Shown piece by piece: positions 1 through 11,296 of a DNA stretch of 64,000 bases. The DNA lies in assembly GCA_965216875.1 (NCBI GenBank), contig OZ244207.1, positions 3,776,001 through 3,840,000 on the forward strand. The letters are read 5' to 3'. The first letter of the stretch is position 1, and every line of letters begins with the position of its first letter. A program made the position numbers and the translations under genes. This DNA is from Rubripirellula sp. Its GTDB lineage: Bacteria > Planctomycetota > Planctomycetia > Pirellulales > Pirellulaceae. The notes below the pieces were generated by a model that worked only from the letters and a program-made list of their open reading frames with translations, was not told where the DNA came from and searched no databases.

Positions 1-565
1 CATTGCGATGAGCTCGCACGGCGTCAATCGCTTCAACGCCAACCATGACGCAAACCGCAAAGTCTTTGAGTTTGCCAAACGGGCTGGTTTGAAGAACATC
101 ACAGCCAATCCGACACCGGATGCCTTCGAGAGCCTCGATAAGCTGGTTGCCGAGTTTGACATCCGCATTTGCATCCACAATCACGGCCCAGGGTCGAGCT
201 ACGACAAGATCGATGAGGTGGTCGATGCCGTCAAAGGTCACGATCCGCGCATCGGTGCTTGTATCGACACAGGGCATTTCATCCGCAGCAAAGAAGATCC
301 AATCGAAGCGATCGAGCGTCTTGGCAAACGTGTGTTTGCATTGCACATCAAGGACGAAGAGAAACAAGAGAAGAAATCGCACAATGTGATCATCGGCAAA
401 GGGTTTCTCGACGTGGTTGCTCTGTTCAAGACGCTTCGCAAGGTTGGCTTCCCGGCGGACGGGTCCATCTCGCTCGAATATGAAGCAAATCCGGACAACC
501 CTATCGACGACATCGAACAATGCCTGGTCGTCGCCCGAGACGCCATCGCCAAAGCAGCCGGCTAA
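1..565 (+). CDS. Sugar phosphate isomerase/epimerase (xylose-isomerase-like TIM barrel), 5'-truncated by window edge
   Basis: IHNH, D-x-G-H, HIKD and ISLEYE metal-binding motifs of the AP_endonuc_2 family; frame is open to the window start. Confidence 0.85.
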   Translation, partial: IAMSSHGVNRFNANHDANRKVFEFAKRAGLKNITANPTPDAFESLDKLVAEFDIRICIHNHGPGSSYDKIDEVVDAVKGHDPRIGACIDTGHFIRSKEDPIEAIERLGKRVFALHIKDEEKQEKKSHNVIIGKGFLDVVALFKTLRKVGFPADGSISLEYEANPDNPIDDIEQCLVVARDAIAKAAG

Positions 566-940
566 AACGCCGTTTGTAGTACCGCCTTCACGCGGAATGC
601 GTAGCTACCTTCGCCAGAAGGTGGACCGTGCCAGTTCGCGGTTTCCATCACACCACGCTCTGGCGAGCGTAGCTACGGGAACGCCGTTTGTAGTACCGCC
701 TTCAGGCGGAGAGTGTGAAGATTCCGGCTAAAGCTCGGGACTACGAACGCTGCCAAGCGTAGCTACCTTCGCCAGAAGGTGGAACGTAACAGTTCGGGGT
801 TTCCATCACACCACGCTCTGGCGAGCGTAGCTACCGGAACGCCGTTTGTAGTACCGCCTTCAGGCGGAGTGTGTGAAGATTCCGGCTAAAGCTCGGGACT
901 ACGAACTGCGATCACCACGCTCTGGCGAGCGTAGCTACGG
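566..940. repeat. Composite REP cluster (CGTAGCTACCTTCGCCAGAAGGTGG / CCACGCTCTGGCGAGCGTAGCTAC pairs interleaved with GTAGTACCGCCTTCAGGCGG...CGGGACTACGAAC units)
   Basis: Repeated palindromic units between convergent genes; the same units recur elsewhere in the window. Confidence 0.9.
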
Positions 941-1003
941 TCGAAACGGCTCCGCAGGAGCGTCGCCCTCCCGATGCGGTAGCCCATTGCACGGCACCAA
1001 TCA

Positions 1004-2137
<1,134 letters not shown>

Positions 2138-2164
2138 GGTTGTTGTTTTTGAGAAACAGTTGCT

Positions 2165-2971
2165 TTAGTTTTCGGCGTTGATTCGGCGCGGCGCCAATCC
2201 GATGGCCGCAGCCCGATCACGGAACGATTCGAGCCCGCTGCGTTCGCCGGGTCCCATTCGAAAGTGAAGGTTCTCTGCAAAGTAACGGTGCAAATCTTCC
2301 TTGGTTAGTCCGTGCGACGCAGCGTCGCGACTGGCAATCGCCTCAAGATGATCGATCCCTTCATCACGGCTCGCCTCAAGAATCTCGGCCAAGCCCGCAG
2401 TATCGACTCCCGGACGAGCAACCCACATCGCAAACACGAACGGAAGCTCCGTCCAGCGGCACCAGCGATCACCAAGGTCCCAAATCTCTTGGTACGTCCC
2501 GGCTGGGGGGTGCATCGCTCGATCACCGATCGTCAAAACGGCGTCGGCATCGACGTCATCAGCTGCTTGATTGATCGCAAGAGGAACGGTTTCGGGCCGC
2601 AGCCCGTACATTTCGTGGAGCAGGATTCGGACAAGCGTCGCGCTGGTTCGACTCCCTTCATCAAGAGCGAGACGCTTGATTTTGGAAACCGGAACGTGGC
2701 TCAGCAGCCGCACACTCCAAACTGGCCCACGACAGGCGATCACCGCATCCGAAATGATCGAATAATCATCCGCGCGGAAGTACTCAATCGACGGAATCAG
2801 GGCCACATCGAGGTCATTCTCGCTCAGCCGCCGAGCCAGCACGCTGGGCAAATCGACACTCAGCTCGCCGCAACCCTTCAATCGCTGCGGCAACCCGAAG
2901 ATCAATGGTTTCGTGTTTAGGTAAGAAACGGCACCGATGCGGAGCATTGGAATCACCTGACCATTCGTCAC
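2165..2971 (-). CDS. mqnA: Chorismate dehydratase (futalosine menaquinone pathway)
   Basis: IGAVSYLNTKPL, GPVWSV, SRTS, IGDRA and LPFVFAMW motifs of MqnA/MqnD family. Confidence 0.9.
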   Translation of the reverse strand: MTNGQVIPMLRIGAVSYLNTKPLIFGLPQRLKGCGELSVDLPSVLARRLSENDLDVALIPSIEYFRADDYSIISDAVIACRGPVWSVRLLSHVPVSKIKRLALDEGSRTSATLVRILLHEMYGLRPETVPLAINQAADDVDADAVLTIGDRAMHPPAGTYQEIWDLGDRWCRWTELPFVFAMWVARPGVDTAGLAEILEASRDEGIDHLEAIASRDAASHGLTKEDLHRYFAENLHFRMGPGERSGLESFRDRAAAIGLAPRRINAEN

Positions 2972-3252
2972 TGCGGGAACGTAACACTACGTAGTAAACC
3001 GCACTGGCGAAGCCAGAATAACGTGAAAACCCCGATTTTGACAGTCGCCTGATCGATGCCTACCGAGGGTGTGCTGGACTGCACTCTCCGGCGATCGGCC
3101 TGATTCCAGGGTGAGTGTGCGAGATCACATCCTCGACACAAACGACGAATCAACAGCACCAACGTGCCAGCGTTTTTTGCTCTTCAAATATGAAGCGTCG
3201 CTTCTATGATCAGTCCCTCACTACCGTGACGGGAATCTCAACCAACGCGCAT

Positions 3253-3323
3253 AAAAAAACGAGAGATCCCGGCCACGTCGATTGATGAAACTCCTTTTCA
3301 CAATCGATCATCGGATCTCTCGT
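3253..3323 (-). ncRNA. Long hairpin with AGGAG apical loop followed by U-tract (candidate sRNA/terminator)
   Basis: 3260-3269 pairs with 3313-3322, 3278-3284 with 3301-3307, 3286-3290 with 3296-3300; minus-strand loop AGGAG; 7-nt U run. Confidence 0.55.
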
Positions 3324-3506
3324 CGATTCAAGTTGTAAAGCGTTACAACAGTACGTCAAGAGCGACATTCGCATTGACGCAACGAAATTCGCACCTGTGT
3401 GCTTCTGTTAAGACGAATGATGGGTGCCAACATCAACGCTTCCACTTCATCTGGGCATGCTTGATGCGTTAACTTTGTTTGCTTAGCAACGTCGGCTTCC
3501 AAGCGA

Positions 3507-4940
3507 ATGCGTCAGGACGCAAACGTGATTGAACCTCTACCACAACATCACTTTCATTTTGTCACCGGCAAGCTAGCCGAGACGGCGGTACGTGATGTCG
3601 TCAAAGCATTGGCCGACAAGCACGGCTTTCAGTTTTCGATTGGCGTGATGCCGATCACCGTCGCGGCGTTGATCACGCCACGATGGTTGCGCCGACACCT
3701 TGATGTCCCTGAATCGGCAACTCATGTCGTTGTGCCAGGCTACTGCCAAACAGGAATCGAAGAGTTAACCAACTCGCTCGAAATCCCCGTTATTTGTGGA
3801 CCTAACGACTGTCGCGCCATGGCAGAACTGTTCGGTCAGCCGCGTCCCGAAGATGCATTGGATGATTACGACATCCAGATCATTGCCGAAATCAACCACG
3901 CCCCACGCTTGTCGATCGATCAACTTATCGAAACGGCAATTGGACTCCGTGATGAAGGCGCCGACATGATCGATTACGGTTGTGATCCTGCGATGCCATT
4001 TTCAAAAATCGGTGACGCGATCCAAGCACTGGTCGACCAAGGATTGCGTGTATCGGTCGACACCTTTGACGCCGAAGAAGCAGCAACGGCCACCAAGTAT
4101 GGCGCTGAACTTGTTCTTTCGGTGAACTCGACGAACAAAGAACAAGCTGTCGACTGGGGTGTCGAAGTCGTCGTGATTCCCGACGCAACGGATGACGAAA
4201 AAAGTTTGCACGAAACTGTAAATTTTTTGGTCGGTAAGGGAGTCAACGTCCGTTTGGACCCCATCTTGGAACCGATTGGCGCTGGTCTGACCGCGAGCCT
4301 CTTGCGTTATGCAAAGGTGCGTGACACTTACCCAGACCTTCCGATGATGATGGGCATAGGCAACCTCACCGAACTGACCGATGTCGATTCGGCCGGCATC
4401 AACATGATGTTGCTGGGGATCTGCCAGGAGCTTTCGATTCATAGCGTGTTGACGACCCAGGTCATCAACTGGGCTCGCACCTCGGTGCGTGAATGCGAGA
4501 TCGCACGTCGATTGGTTCGATACAGCGTGCAAAACGGCGTTCCCCCCAAGCGTTTATCCGACGATTTGGTGATGCTTCGCGATGCCAAACTGCGTCCCTA
4601 CACGTCCGAGGCCCTGCTTTCGCTCGCCGAACAGGTCAAAGACAACAACTACCGGCTCTTTGCCCAGGAGGACCAGATTCACTTGATCGCCGCGGGCCTC
4701 GCGCTTTCGGACCAGGATCCCTTTCTGCTGTTCGAGAAACTGATGAACGAAGAGGTTTCCGAGAATGTCGATCCGGGCCACGCGTTTTACCTTGGATACG
4801 AGATGGCCAAGGCAACCATCGCTCTGACGCTCGGCAAACAATACGAACAGGATCGCTCGCTCGACTGGGGGATGCTGACGCGCGAAGAAGACCTGCATCG
4901 GCTCAAACGTCGTCAACGCCAACGACCGAACCAGCAATAG
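3507..4940 (+). CDS. Dihydropteroate-synthase-like pterin-binding protein (methanopterin biosynthesis Orf20-like)
   Basis: N-terminal FVTGKLAE, IIAEINHAPRL, DPILEPIG, MGIGNLTELTDVDSAG and C-terminal HAFYLGYEMAKA..LGKQYEQD. Confidence 0.8.
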   Translation: MRQDANVIEPLPQHHFHFVTGKLAETAVRDVVKALADKHGFQFSIGVMPITVAALITPRWLRRHLDVPESATHVVVPGYCQTGIEELTNSLEIPVICGPNDCRAMAELFGQPRPEDALDDYDIQIIAEINHAPRLSIDQLIETAIGLRDEGADMIDYGCDPAMPFSKIGDAIQALVDQGLRVSVDTFDAEEAATATKYGAELVLSVNSTNKEQAVDWGVEVVVIPDATDDEKSLHETVNFLVGKGVNVRLDPILEPIGAGLTASLLRYAKVRDTYPDLPMMMGIGNLTELTDVDSAGINMMLLGICQELSIHSVLTTQVINWARTSVRECEIARRLVRYSVQNGVPPKRLSDDLVMLRDAKLRPYTSEALLSLAEQVKDNNYRLFAQEDQIHLIAAGLALSDQDPFLLFEKLMNEEVSENVDPGHAFYLGYEMAKATIALTLGKQYEQDRSLDWGMLTREEDLHRLKRRQRQRPNQQ

Positions 4941-5030
4941 TGCTTCGCCATCACGGTTCGCTGGCGATGCAAAAACTCTTGCGCAAGCGGCACTGTTCAA
5001 CGGAAATTGGCGTGATACGTTGGTCCGTTC

Positions 5031-6461
5031 ATGTCTGCCTCCAATAACCCATTGCCGCTCGTACGCCGACTTCCATCCGGATTCTCTCTTTCGGATGCAT
5101 TTGCTCGACTTGCCACGCTTCCTGGATGCCTTTGGCTCGATTCAGCATCGCGCGGACCAACCGACAAAATTGGCGGCCACAAACTTGGACGGTATTCCTT
5201 CCTGACGGCCCAACCGGTGCGTTCCTTGACCGCGTCGCCCGAGGATCGCGATCCTTGGCCCGAACTACGTCGCTGGTGTGAAACGCTGCCTACCTGTGAC
5301 GAGGCTGGCCTGCCGCCCTTCCAAGGCGGTATTGCGGGGTTGATCGGGTACGAAGCCGGCGCATGGCTGGAACCGGTTGGATTGGCGCAACAGAACGATT
5401 TGCCCACTCCAGCACTTTCACTCGGTTTGTACGACTGGACAATTGCCGTCGATCACCAATACGAAAACGCTTGGTTGATCAGCCAAGGATTCTCCGAGGA
5501 CCTGGTTCCCGATCCTCAAATCGCAGCCGATCGCGCCGACTGGGTGATGTCGCTGCTCGAGTCGGATGCGGATGACGATCAAGTCCCCCAACGTAACGTC
5601 CAAGGCGAGACGACCGGTGACGTCTCGAGCAATTTCACCAGCGAGCAGTTTCAATCGAGTGTTTCGGAAATCGTTCGCGGCATCCACGACGGTGACTCCT
5701 TTCAAGTCAATCTTGCGCAGCGTCTGTCCTGTGTTTCCAGCGAGCACCCCGCCGAACTCTACCAACGGTTACGGAAAGCGAATCCAGCTCCGTTCGCGGG
5801 CTATTACAGTGCGGCGATCGCGGAACAAGCCAGCGACGATGTGTTCGCAGTGCTCAGCAGTTCCCCTGAAGGTTTTCTGAAAGTTCGCGGACGCACTGTC
5901 GAAACACGCCCGATCAAAGGCACGATCAAACGAACAGGCAACGAAGCCGATGACCGACGACTCGGCCAAGTCCTTCACGAGAGTGAAAAGGATCGTGCGG
6001 AAAACGTCATGATCGTCGACCTGATGCGCAACGACCTGTCACGTGTTTGTGATGACCACAGTGTTCAGGTCGCGCAGCTCTGCGAAGTCGAACGGTACCA
6101 GTTCGTCCAACATTTGGTTTCGGTTGTGACGGGGCGCCTGGCAACGGGATTGAACGTGGTCGATCTGCTCGCTGCCTGCTTTCCAGGTGGCAGCGTGACC
6201 GGAGCGCCCAAGATCGAGGCGATGCGCACCATCGCGCGACTTGAGCCTCACCGACGCGGTCCCTATTGCGGGTCGCTCGGCTACATCAGCTGTAGCGGCA
6301 GCGCCGACTTCAACATCTTGATTCGCACGATCACGGCCGCCCACGGGCACCTTCAAATCCCCGTTGGTGGAGGCATCACCGCGCGCAGCAATCCGGCGGC
6401 GGAAGAAGCCGAAACCTGGGCCAAAGCCAAAGGGATGCTCAAAGCGCTCGCGCCGGAATAG
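5031..6461 (+). CDS. pabB: Aminodeoxychorismate synthase component I (anthranilate synthase I family)
   Basis: SSPEGF, TRPIKGT, EKDRAENVMIVDLMRNDL, FPGGSVTGAPK; PIKGT motif is typical of PabB. Confidence 0.85.
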   Translation: MSASNNPLPLVRRLPSGFSLSDAFARLATLPGCLWLDSASRGPTDKIGGHKLGRYSFLTAQPVRSLTASPEDRDPWPELRRWCETLPTCDEAGLPPFQGGIAGLIGYEAGAWLEPVGLAQQNDLPTPALSLGLYDWTIAVDHQYENAWLISQGFSEDLVPDPQIAADRADWVMSLLESDADDDQVPQRNVQGETTGDVSSNFTSEQFQSSVSEIVRGIHDGDSFQVNLAQRLSCVSSEHPAELYQRLRKANPAPFAGYYSAAIAEQASDDVFAVLSSSPEGFLKVRGRTVETRPIKGTIKRTGNEADDRRLGQVLHESEKDRAENVMIVDLMRNDLSRVCDDHSVQVAQLCEVERYQFVQHLVSVVTGRLATGLNVVDLLAACFPGGSVTGAPKIEAMRTIARLEPHRRGPYCGSLGYISCSGSADFNILIRTITAAHGHLQIPVGGGITARSNPAAEEAETWAKAKGMLKALAPE

Positions 6462-6506
6462 CAAAAATGGTTTTGGTGCGTGCAAGCACACACGCAACGA
6501 TCGGCT

Positions 6507-7478
6507 CTAGCCTGCCGACGCCGCCATGATCAGGAAGAACAACGCGATCGCTCCGAGCACCATCCCGACCACAAGAAAGATCTTGAAGTAGGAAACCGGC
6601 GCCGAACCGACGACAAGTCGCGTATTCTGGCCGCAGATCACCACTCGGTAGAGCTGTTCTTTGTAGCGGTAGGCCAGAACGTAAGCAGGCAAGGAAAGCC
6701 GCCGGGTGATCAATTTTCGTAAGACCACGGAAACGTGAACATTTCGAAAACTCGACCCAGGAACGTGGTTCTGTTGCACACGCGCGGCCGCAATGTTTTG
6801 AATGGCGCCAGCGACCTGTTGCCGAGCTTGCGAGCGTTGCACATCGAACTGTTCAAGCGTCGCATCTTCGGACGCCCCCTCGGGCTGCTCGCGCTGCGTC
6901 GAGAGGTTCAATCCCGGCGTGATGCCGGAGACCTCTTTTTCCGTCAGACCACGCGAGGCCGACACGAGAATGTCATCAAATCGAAGGTTGTTCTGGCCAG
7001 CGTGTGGCGCCCATGCTGACCGACCCGACCCAGCATTCGAGTCAGCTGTCCAACTGACGAATGCGTCGGCGTCAAAGACCCAAGCGACCCACCAAAGCGG
7101 CTTCAAGTGAGTCAACTGGGCCGAGGACACCAAGTCCGCTGGTCGAAACCAACCCAGCGATTTCAGCCACGTGCTCAGCGCAGCACGTGCTTCGTCTTCC
7201 GAAACCGTGAATGGCAAGTAGTGTTCGGTCTGCTCCATCGGGTCTTCGATCGACTCGACTTCCATCACCTCGCCGCAGAACGAACATGAGGGTGCGCGAC
7301 GCTTGGCGTCATAAGCGACTGCGGCACCACACCCGGTGCAACGCAAGATCTGAACGACAAGCGTTTCTTTGTTCGCTTCGTCAGCGACCGGAGCAGCTTG
7401 CCCGCATATTGCGCAGCGCAGGTCGCCATGTTCAAGCGGCGATTCACAACGTTTGCAATGTTCCGTAACGGTGCTCAC
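6507..7478 (-). CDS. Zinc-ribbon membrane-anchored protein (probable GTG start at 7478)
   Basis: Four CxxC pairs near the N-terminus, C-terminal hydrophobic helix; paralogous to the upstream gene. Confidence 0.75.
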   Translation of the reverse strand: MSTVTEHCKRCESPLEHGDLRCAICGQAAPVADEANKETLVVQILRCTGCGAAVAYDAKRRAPSCSFCGEVMEVESIEDPMEQTEHYLPFTVSEDEARAALSTWLKSLGWFRPADLVSSAQLTHLKPLWWVAWVFDADAFVSWTADSNAGSGRSAWAPHAGQNNLRFDDILVSASRGLTEKEVSGITPGLNLSTQREQPEGASEDATLEQFDVQRSQARQQVAGAIQNIAAARVQQNHVPGSSFRNVHVSVVLRKLITRRLSLPAYVLAYRYKEQLYRVVICGQNTRLVVGSAPVSYFKIFLVVGMVLGAIALFFLIMAASAG

Positions 7479-7483
7479 TCGAT

Positions 7484-8431
7484 TCAGCCCTGTGAAACGA
7501 CGAGGAAGAAGATAACGATGGCCAGAATGATGCCGACGACAACGGCGATGCTGCAGCCAACCTTCGTGGCCGAGATAGGCACATCGCCGCCAATCCGCCC
7601 CGTCTGGCCGTTGACGAGAATCTGGACGGGCGGTTTGTCTTCGGCATAGCGAACGGCATACGACCAAACGGGCAACAGCACCAGATCGATCACTTCGTGC
7701 GAAAGGCTCGTGCGGTACTGGAGGTTGGAATAGGTGTCGCCAGGCATGAAGTTTTTCAAATAGTTGCCCACCTTGGCAACCGATTCGTCGTGTGCCATTC
7801 GAAAACAATCGTCCTTGGTGCGCGACGCCTCCTCGGCAAGCCACCCCGAAATGAACGACTCTTCAAACCGTCGCATGGCGCGAAGGTCAAACGGCTCGAT
7901 CGCCTCAAGTGCCGGATTGGTGACACCTTTCGAAGCGGACACGATCACGTCCACGACGTAACAACAGTGCTGTCCACTGAGCGGTCGCCATTCGGTTTTC
8001 ACCACCGTACGCGTTCGCGTGACCGTCTTTCCATTGGCATCGGTGGTCGTGTACGTCTCCGTCTCGGTGTAGTTTTCACCGATGCTTGCGGAGTAGTCGG
8101 AATTTGCAACGGCACCATAGAGGTACGCTGGCAAGTAGACACCGCGTGTCAATTCAGGGACTGCGGTCTTGAAGTCCGAACGAACAAAAAAGTGCCGACT
8201 CGCCATCCATTGCCGCACCAACCGAGTTGCGTGTTCGTGATCGACCACAAAGCCGACAAGAAACGTCGGTTTGGGACGATTGGGGGCAGGGGGACGCTGA
8301 ACGATCGAAGGCGAAGCACAATACGGACACATCGCCGTCCGCATGTGTGATTCAACGATCAAATTTGCACCGCACGATTGGCACGAGATCTCAAGTTGTT
8401 CTGATGATTGCGATGCGAGATCGGTCGTCAT
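7484..8431 (-). CDS. Zinc-ribbon membrane-anchored protein
   Basis: CQSCG...CPYC, GVYLPAYLY, LVNGQTG and a C-terminal TM helix. Confidence 0.8.
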   Translation of the reverse strand: MTTDLASQSSEQLEISCQSCGANLIVESHMRTAMCPYCASPSIVQRPPAPNRPKPTFLVGFVVDHEHATRLVRQWMASRHFFVRSDFKTAVPELTRGVYLPAYLYGAVANSDYSASIGENYTETETYTTTDANGKTVTRTRTVVKTEWRPLSGQHCCYVVDVIVSASKGVTNPALEAIEPFDLRAMRRFEESFISGWLAEEASRTKDDCFRMAHDESVAKVGNYLKNFMPGDTYSNLQYRTSLSHEVIDLVLLPVWSYAVRYAEDKPPVQILVNGQTGRIGGDVPISATKVGCSIAVVVGIILAIVIFFLVVSQG

Positions 8432-8550
8432 GACGCGAGAGTTACCAACAGTTGGCTAGGCGGAAAGGCGGGTGCATGATCGCTGTCGTTGCCAGCGATT
8501 TTGTTAGGCTCGAATCACCCGAAAACGTGTCACAGTTTTTCTAAAAATAC

Positions 8551-11193
8551 CTAATTCGCGGCCTGTTCGCGATCACCTAGCTTGCGACAAAAGAATTCGG
8601 CCTGCCTTCGTTTCGCGTAGGGGTGTCCCGCCGCACCATGCCCCACTCCTGGCATGATCAACTGCTCGAAGTTCTTGTTCGCCTTGATCAACGCATCAAT
8701 CACCTGCATCGTGCTTGCGGGATCGACATTGCGGTCGAGTTCACCCCAGATCAACAACAGATCTCCTTGCAGTTGGTGTGCGCATGTCACGTTGGATTGT
8801 ACTTCGTAGTGGGGGCCAATCGGCCACCCCATCCATTGCTCATTCCACCAAACCTTGTCGACACGATTGTCGTGACAACCACAGTCAGCGACGGCGGCTT
8901 TGTAGAAATTACCGTGCGCGACGAGCGCTCGCATCGCACTTTGCCCGCCCGCCGATCCGCCCCAGATGCCGACACGGCTCAAGTCCATCTCGGGCCGCTC
9001 TTTGGCAGCCGCTTTCATCCATGCAATGCGATCAGCAAAACCACTGTCGCCAAGGTTCTGCCAACACACATCATGAAATGCCTTACTGCGATGACTCGTT
9101 CCCATGCCGTCGATTTTGACGATGATGAACCCGAGGTCCGCCATTTGATAAAGCCCGGTGTGACTGCCGAATCGTTTCGGCACAAATGCTGAATGCGGCC
9201 CAGCATAAATCGCTTCCAACACAGGGTACTTTTTGGACGGATCGAAATGCGTAGGACGAATGATGAAACCGTAGATGTCCGTCTTTCCGTCGCGTCCCTT
9301 TGCAACAAACCGCTCGGGGTACCGCCAACCTGAATCGATCTTTTCGGTGGCGACAGCTCGCTCAAGTTCGACCAGCAACTCACCGGTCCGCGCATCAACG
9401 ATCTGTGTTACCGGCGGAAGATCAACGCGCGAATAAGTGTCGATGATGTACTGCTGGTCAGACGAAAACTCCCATTGGTGATCGCCGTCACCGTGAGTCA
9501 AACGCGTCAGGTGATTTCCGTCAAAGTCGACCCGCACCAAGTGGCGATGGTAAGGGTCTTGACCAGCGTCAATGCCCGAAACCGTTAGCCACACCTGTCG
9601 CGTTTTGGTGTCGACACGCTCGACCGATCGGACCACCCATTGGCCCGATGTGACCGGATGCTTGATTTCACCACTTTCCGCATCGATCAAATAGAGGTGA
9701 TTCCAGCCGCTGCGTTCGCTCATCCATAGGATCTCGTTGGTTTCATCCAAGCAACGCAGGAATTTCTTGTGCGAATAGCAAACGAACGTTTCTGCAGCTT
9801 CATCGATCACGGTTCGCGCGTTTGCGGTGGCTGCGTCGACTTCGATCAACCTCAAGACTTGGTGCCCGCGTTGGTTGTACAGAAACGAAAAACTCGAGCT
9901 GTCTTGGTTCCAACGCAAGTCGGTCAAATGAAAAGGGTTCGAGTAGAGGTCGTCATCAATCGCGACCGGTTCAAAGTCATCGACTCGGAACAAGACGATT
10001 TGCGGTTTGTCGAGCCGGTCGCCCGGCTTGGCGTACCCCATCGTATGAAGCTTGGCATGAATGGAGTCTTTGGGTGAGGATTCGATCAGGTTGATATTCC
10101 GGCGTTGTCCCGGCTTTGTTTTCATCACGACAAACGCCGACGAGTCGGGAGCCCAATGGACTCGGCCGCCGTAGGCATTGTCTTGGGAACCGTCCGAAGT
10201 GATTGCCAATCGCTCCCGCGTCTCGCGATTGAGGCGGACGACGTTGTGATCTTCGAACACGATCTGCCATTTGCCGTCTGGCGAGTTACCAGGTCGACTT
10301 CGTCCATCACGGCGACGCATCGAAAAGGGCTCCGGCTTGGGCGTCTCGGTGTCGACGATGGCAAGTTCACTTGAGGAGCTGGCTACAAACGCGGCGACAT
10401 CGTCGCCCTCTGCGTTGCGAAGCAACCATGCGTGGCCGTCGAACGTGCTCAAACCACGCGTTTGTCGCGCGGGCACCTTGCCGTACGATCGAAGCCCGCC
10501 GCTGGAGTCGACCCAAAAGTATTCCAATGATTGGTCGGTGCGGTTTTCGAATCGAATGTCGGTGCGTTCGCCGCCGTTTCGGCTTCGTTGAACGCGTCCG
10601 CGGGCAACCAAACCCTCACTCCACTCGCCGCTGCCCGATTCGTCAGCCTCTGCTTTCTCAAGTGGCCCCGCTGGCAAAGTGAATTGCCAACTCGAACCGA
10701 ACGTCACGAATCGACAACTGGTGGCGTCATCAGAAAACTTGAGCGAGCGCAAATCGAGTTGCGCAGCGGCCACCCGCTTTCCCGTCGCGTCGGCAAGCGC
10801 TTTGGCAAGACGCTCATCATCGAACGGCACCTTGGGCGAATTGGCATTTGCGAGATCAACCACGACGTAGCGGTGTTGATCGACATCGATTCGCACGCGG
10901 TACCAGAACTTGTCTTGCTTGGGTCCAAACCATGTGAGCTTGAGGTTGTCGCCATAAACGCCACCGCGCGTGCGCGTGCCAGCCGACTGGGCCCATTCGT
11001 ACCGCCGGTCAAAATCGCTCAATCGAGCGGGCGAGGGCAACGAGAACGAAGGGCCGCTGGGGCCATCCGCCAACAGAGTGGGAACGCTCGCGAAAACAAC
11101 GAGACAGACGCGAAGAAGCAGCGTGACAGGGGGCCGTGCACCAGCAGCCGGGGATTGGTTTTCCGGCCTACTTTTTGTTGAGAGTTTGAGCAT
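8551..11193 (-). CDS. Secreted S9 (DPP IV/prolyl oligopeptidase) peptidase with inserted VHL-beta-like domain; start uncertain
   Basis: DPP IV N-terminal propeller-like region, IYAGP, GIWGGSAGG nucleophile elbow, GELDRNVD, GVGH. Confidence 0.88.
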   Translation of the reverse strand: MLKLSTKSRPENQSPAAGARPPVTLLLRVCLVVFASVPTLLADGPSGPSFSLPSPARLSDFDRRYEWAQSAGTRTRGGVYGDNLKLTWFGPKQDKFWYRVRIDVDQHRYVVVDLANANSPKVPFDDERLAKALADATGKRVAAAQLDLRSLKFSDDATSCRFVTFGSSWQFTLPAGPLEKAEADESGSGEWSEGLVARGRVQRSRNGGERTDIRFENRTDQSLEYFWVDSSGGLRSYGKVPARQTRGLSTFDGHAWLLRNAEGDDVAAFVASSSSELAIVDTETPKPEPFSMRRRDGRSRPGNSPDGKWQIVFEDHNVVRLNRETRERLAITSDGSQDNAYGGRVHWAPDSSAFVVMKTKPGQRRNINLIESSPKDSIHAKLHTMGYAKPGDRLDKPQIVLFRVDDFEPVAIDDDLYSNPFHLTDLRWNQDSSSFSFLYNQRGHQVLRLIEVDAATANARTVIDEAAETFVCYSHKKFLRCLDETNEILWMSERSGWNHLYLIDAESGEIKHPVTSGQWVVRSVERVDTKTRQVWLTVSGIDAGQDPYHRHLVRVDFDGNHLTRLTHGDGDHQWEFSSDQQYIIDTYSRVDLPPVTQIVDARTGELLVELERAVATEKIDSGWRYPERFVAKGRDGKTDIYGFIIRPTHFDPSKKYPVLEAIYAGPHSAFVPKRFGSHTGLYQMADLGFIIVKIDGMGTSHRSKAFHDVCWQNLGDSGFADRIAWMKAAAKERPEMDLSRVGIWGGSAGGQSAMRALVAHGNFYKAAVADCGCHDNRVDKVWWNEQWMGWPIGPHYEVQSNVTCAHQLQGDLLLIWGELDRNVDPASTMQVIDALIKANKNFEQLIMPGVGHGAAGHPYAKRRQAEFFCRKLGDREQAAN

Positions 11194-11296
11194 TTTTCGT
11201 CGCAGCGTGCGGTAGGTGGGTATAACAGCAGGATACACGGATCTGTGTTCCACTTGCTTGATCCCTAAGCTTAATCCGCGACCTTGAGAGGGAGCG

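Noticed and set aside
3155..3169. Sigma54 promoter TGGCACGTTGGTGCT upstream of mqnA
   Set aside because: GG-to-GC spacing is 9 nt rather than the required 10.
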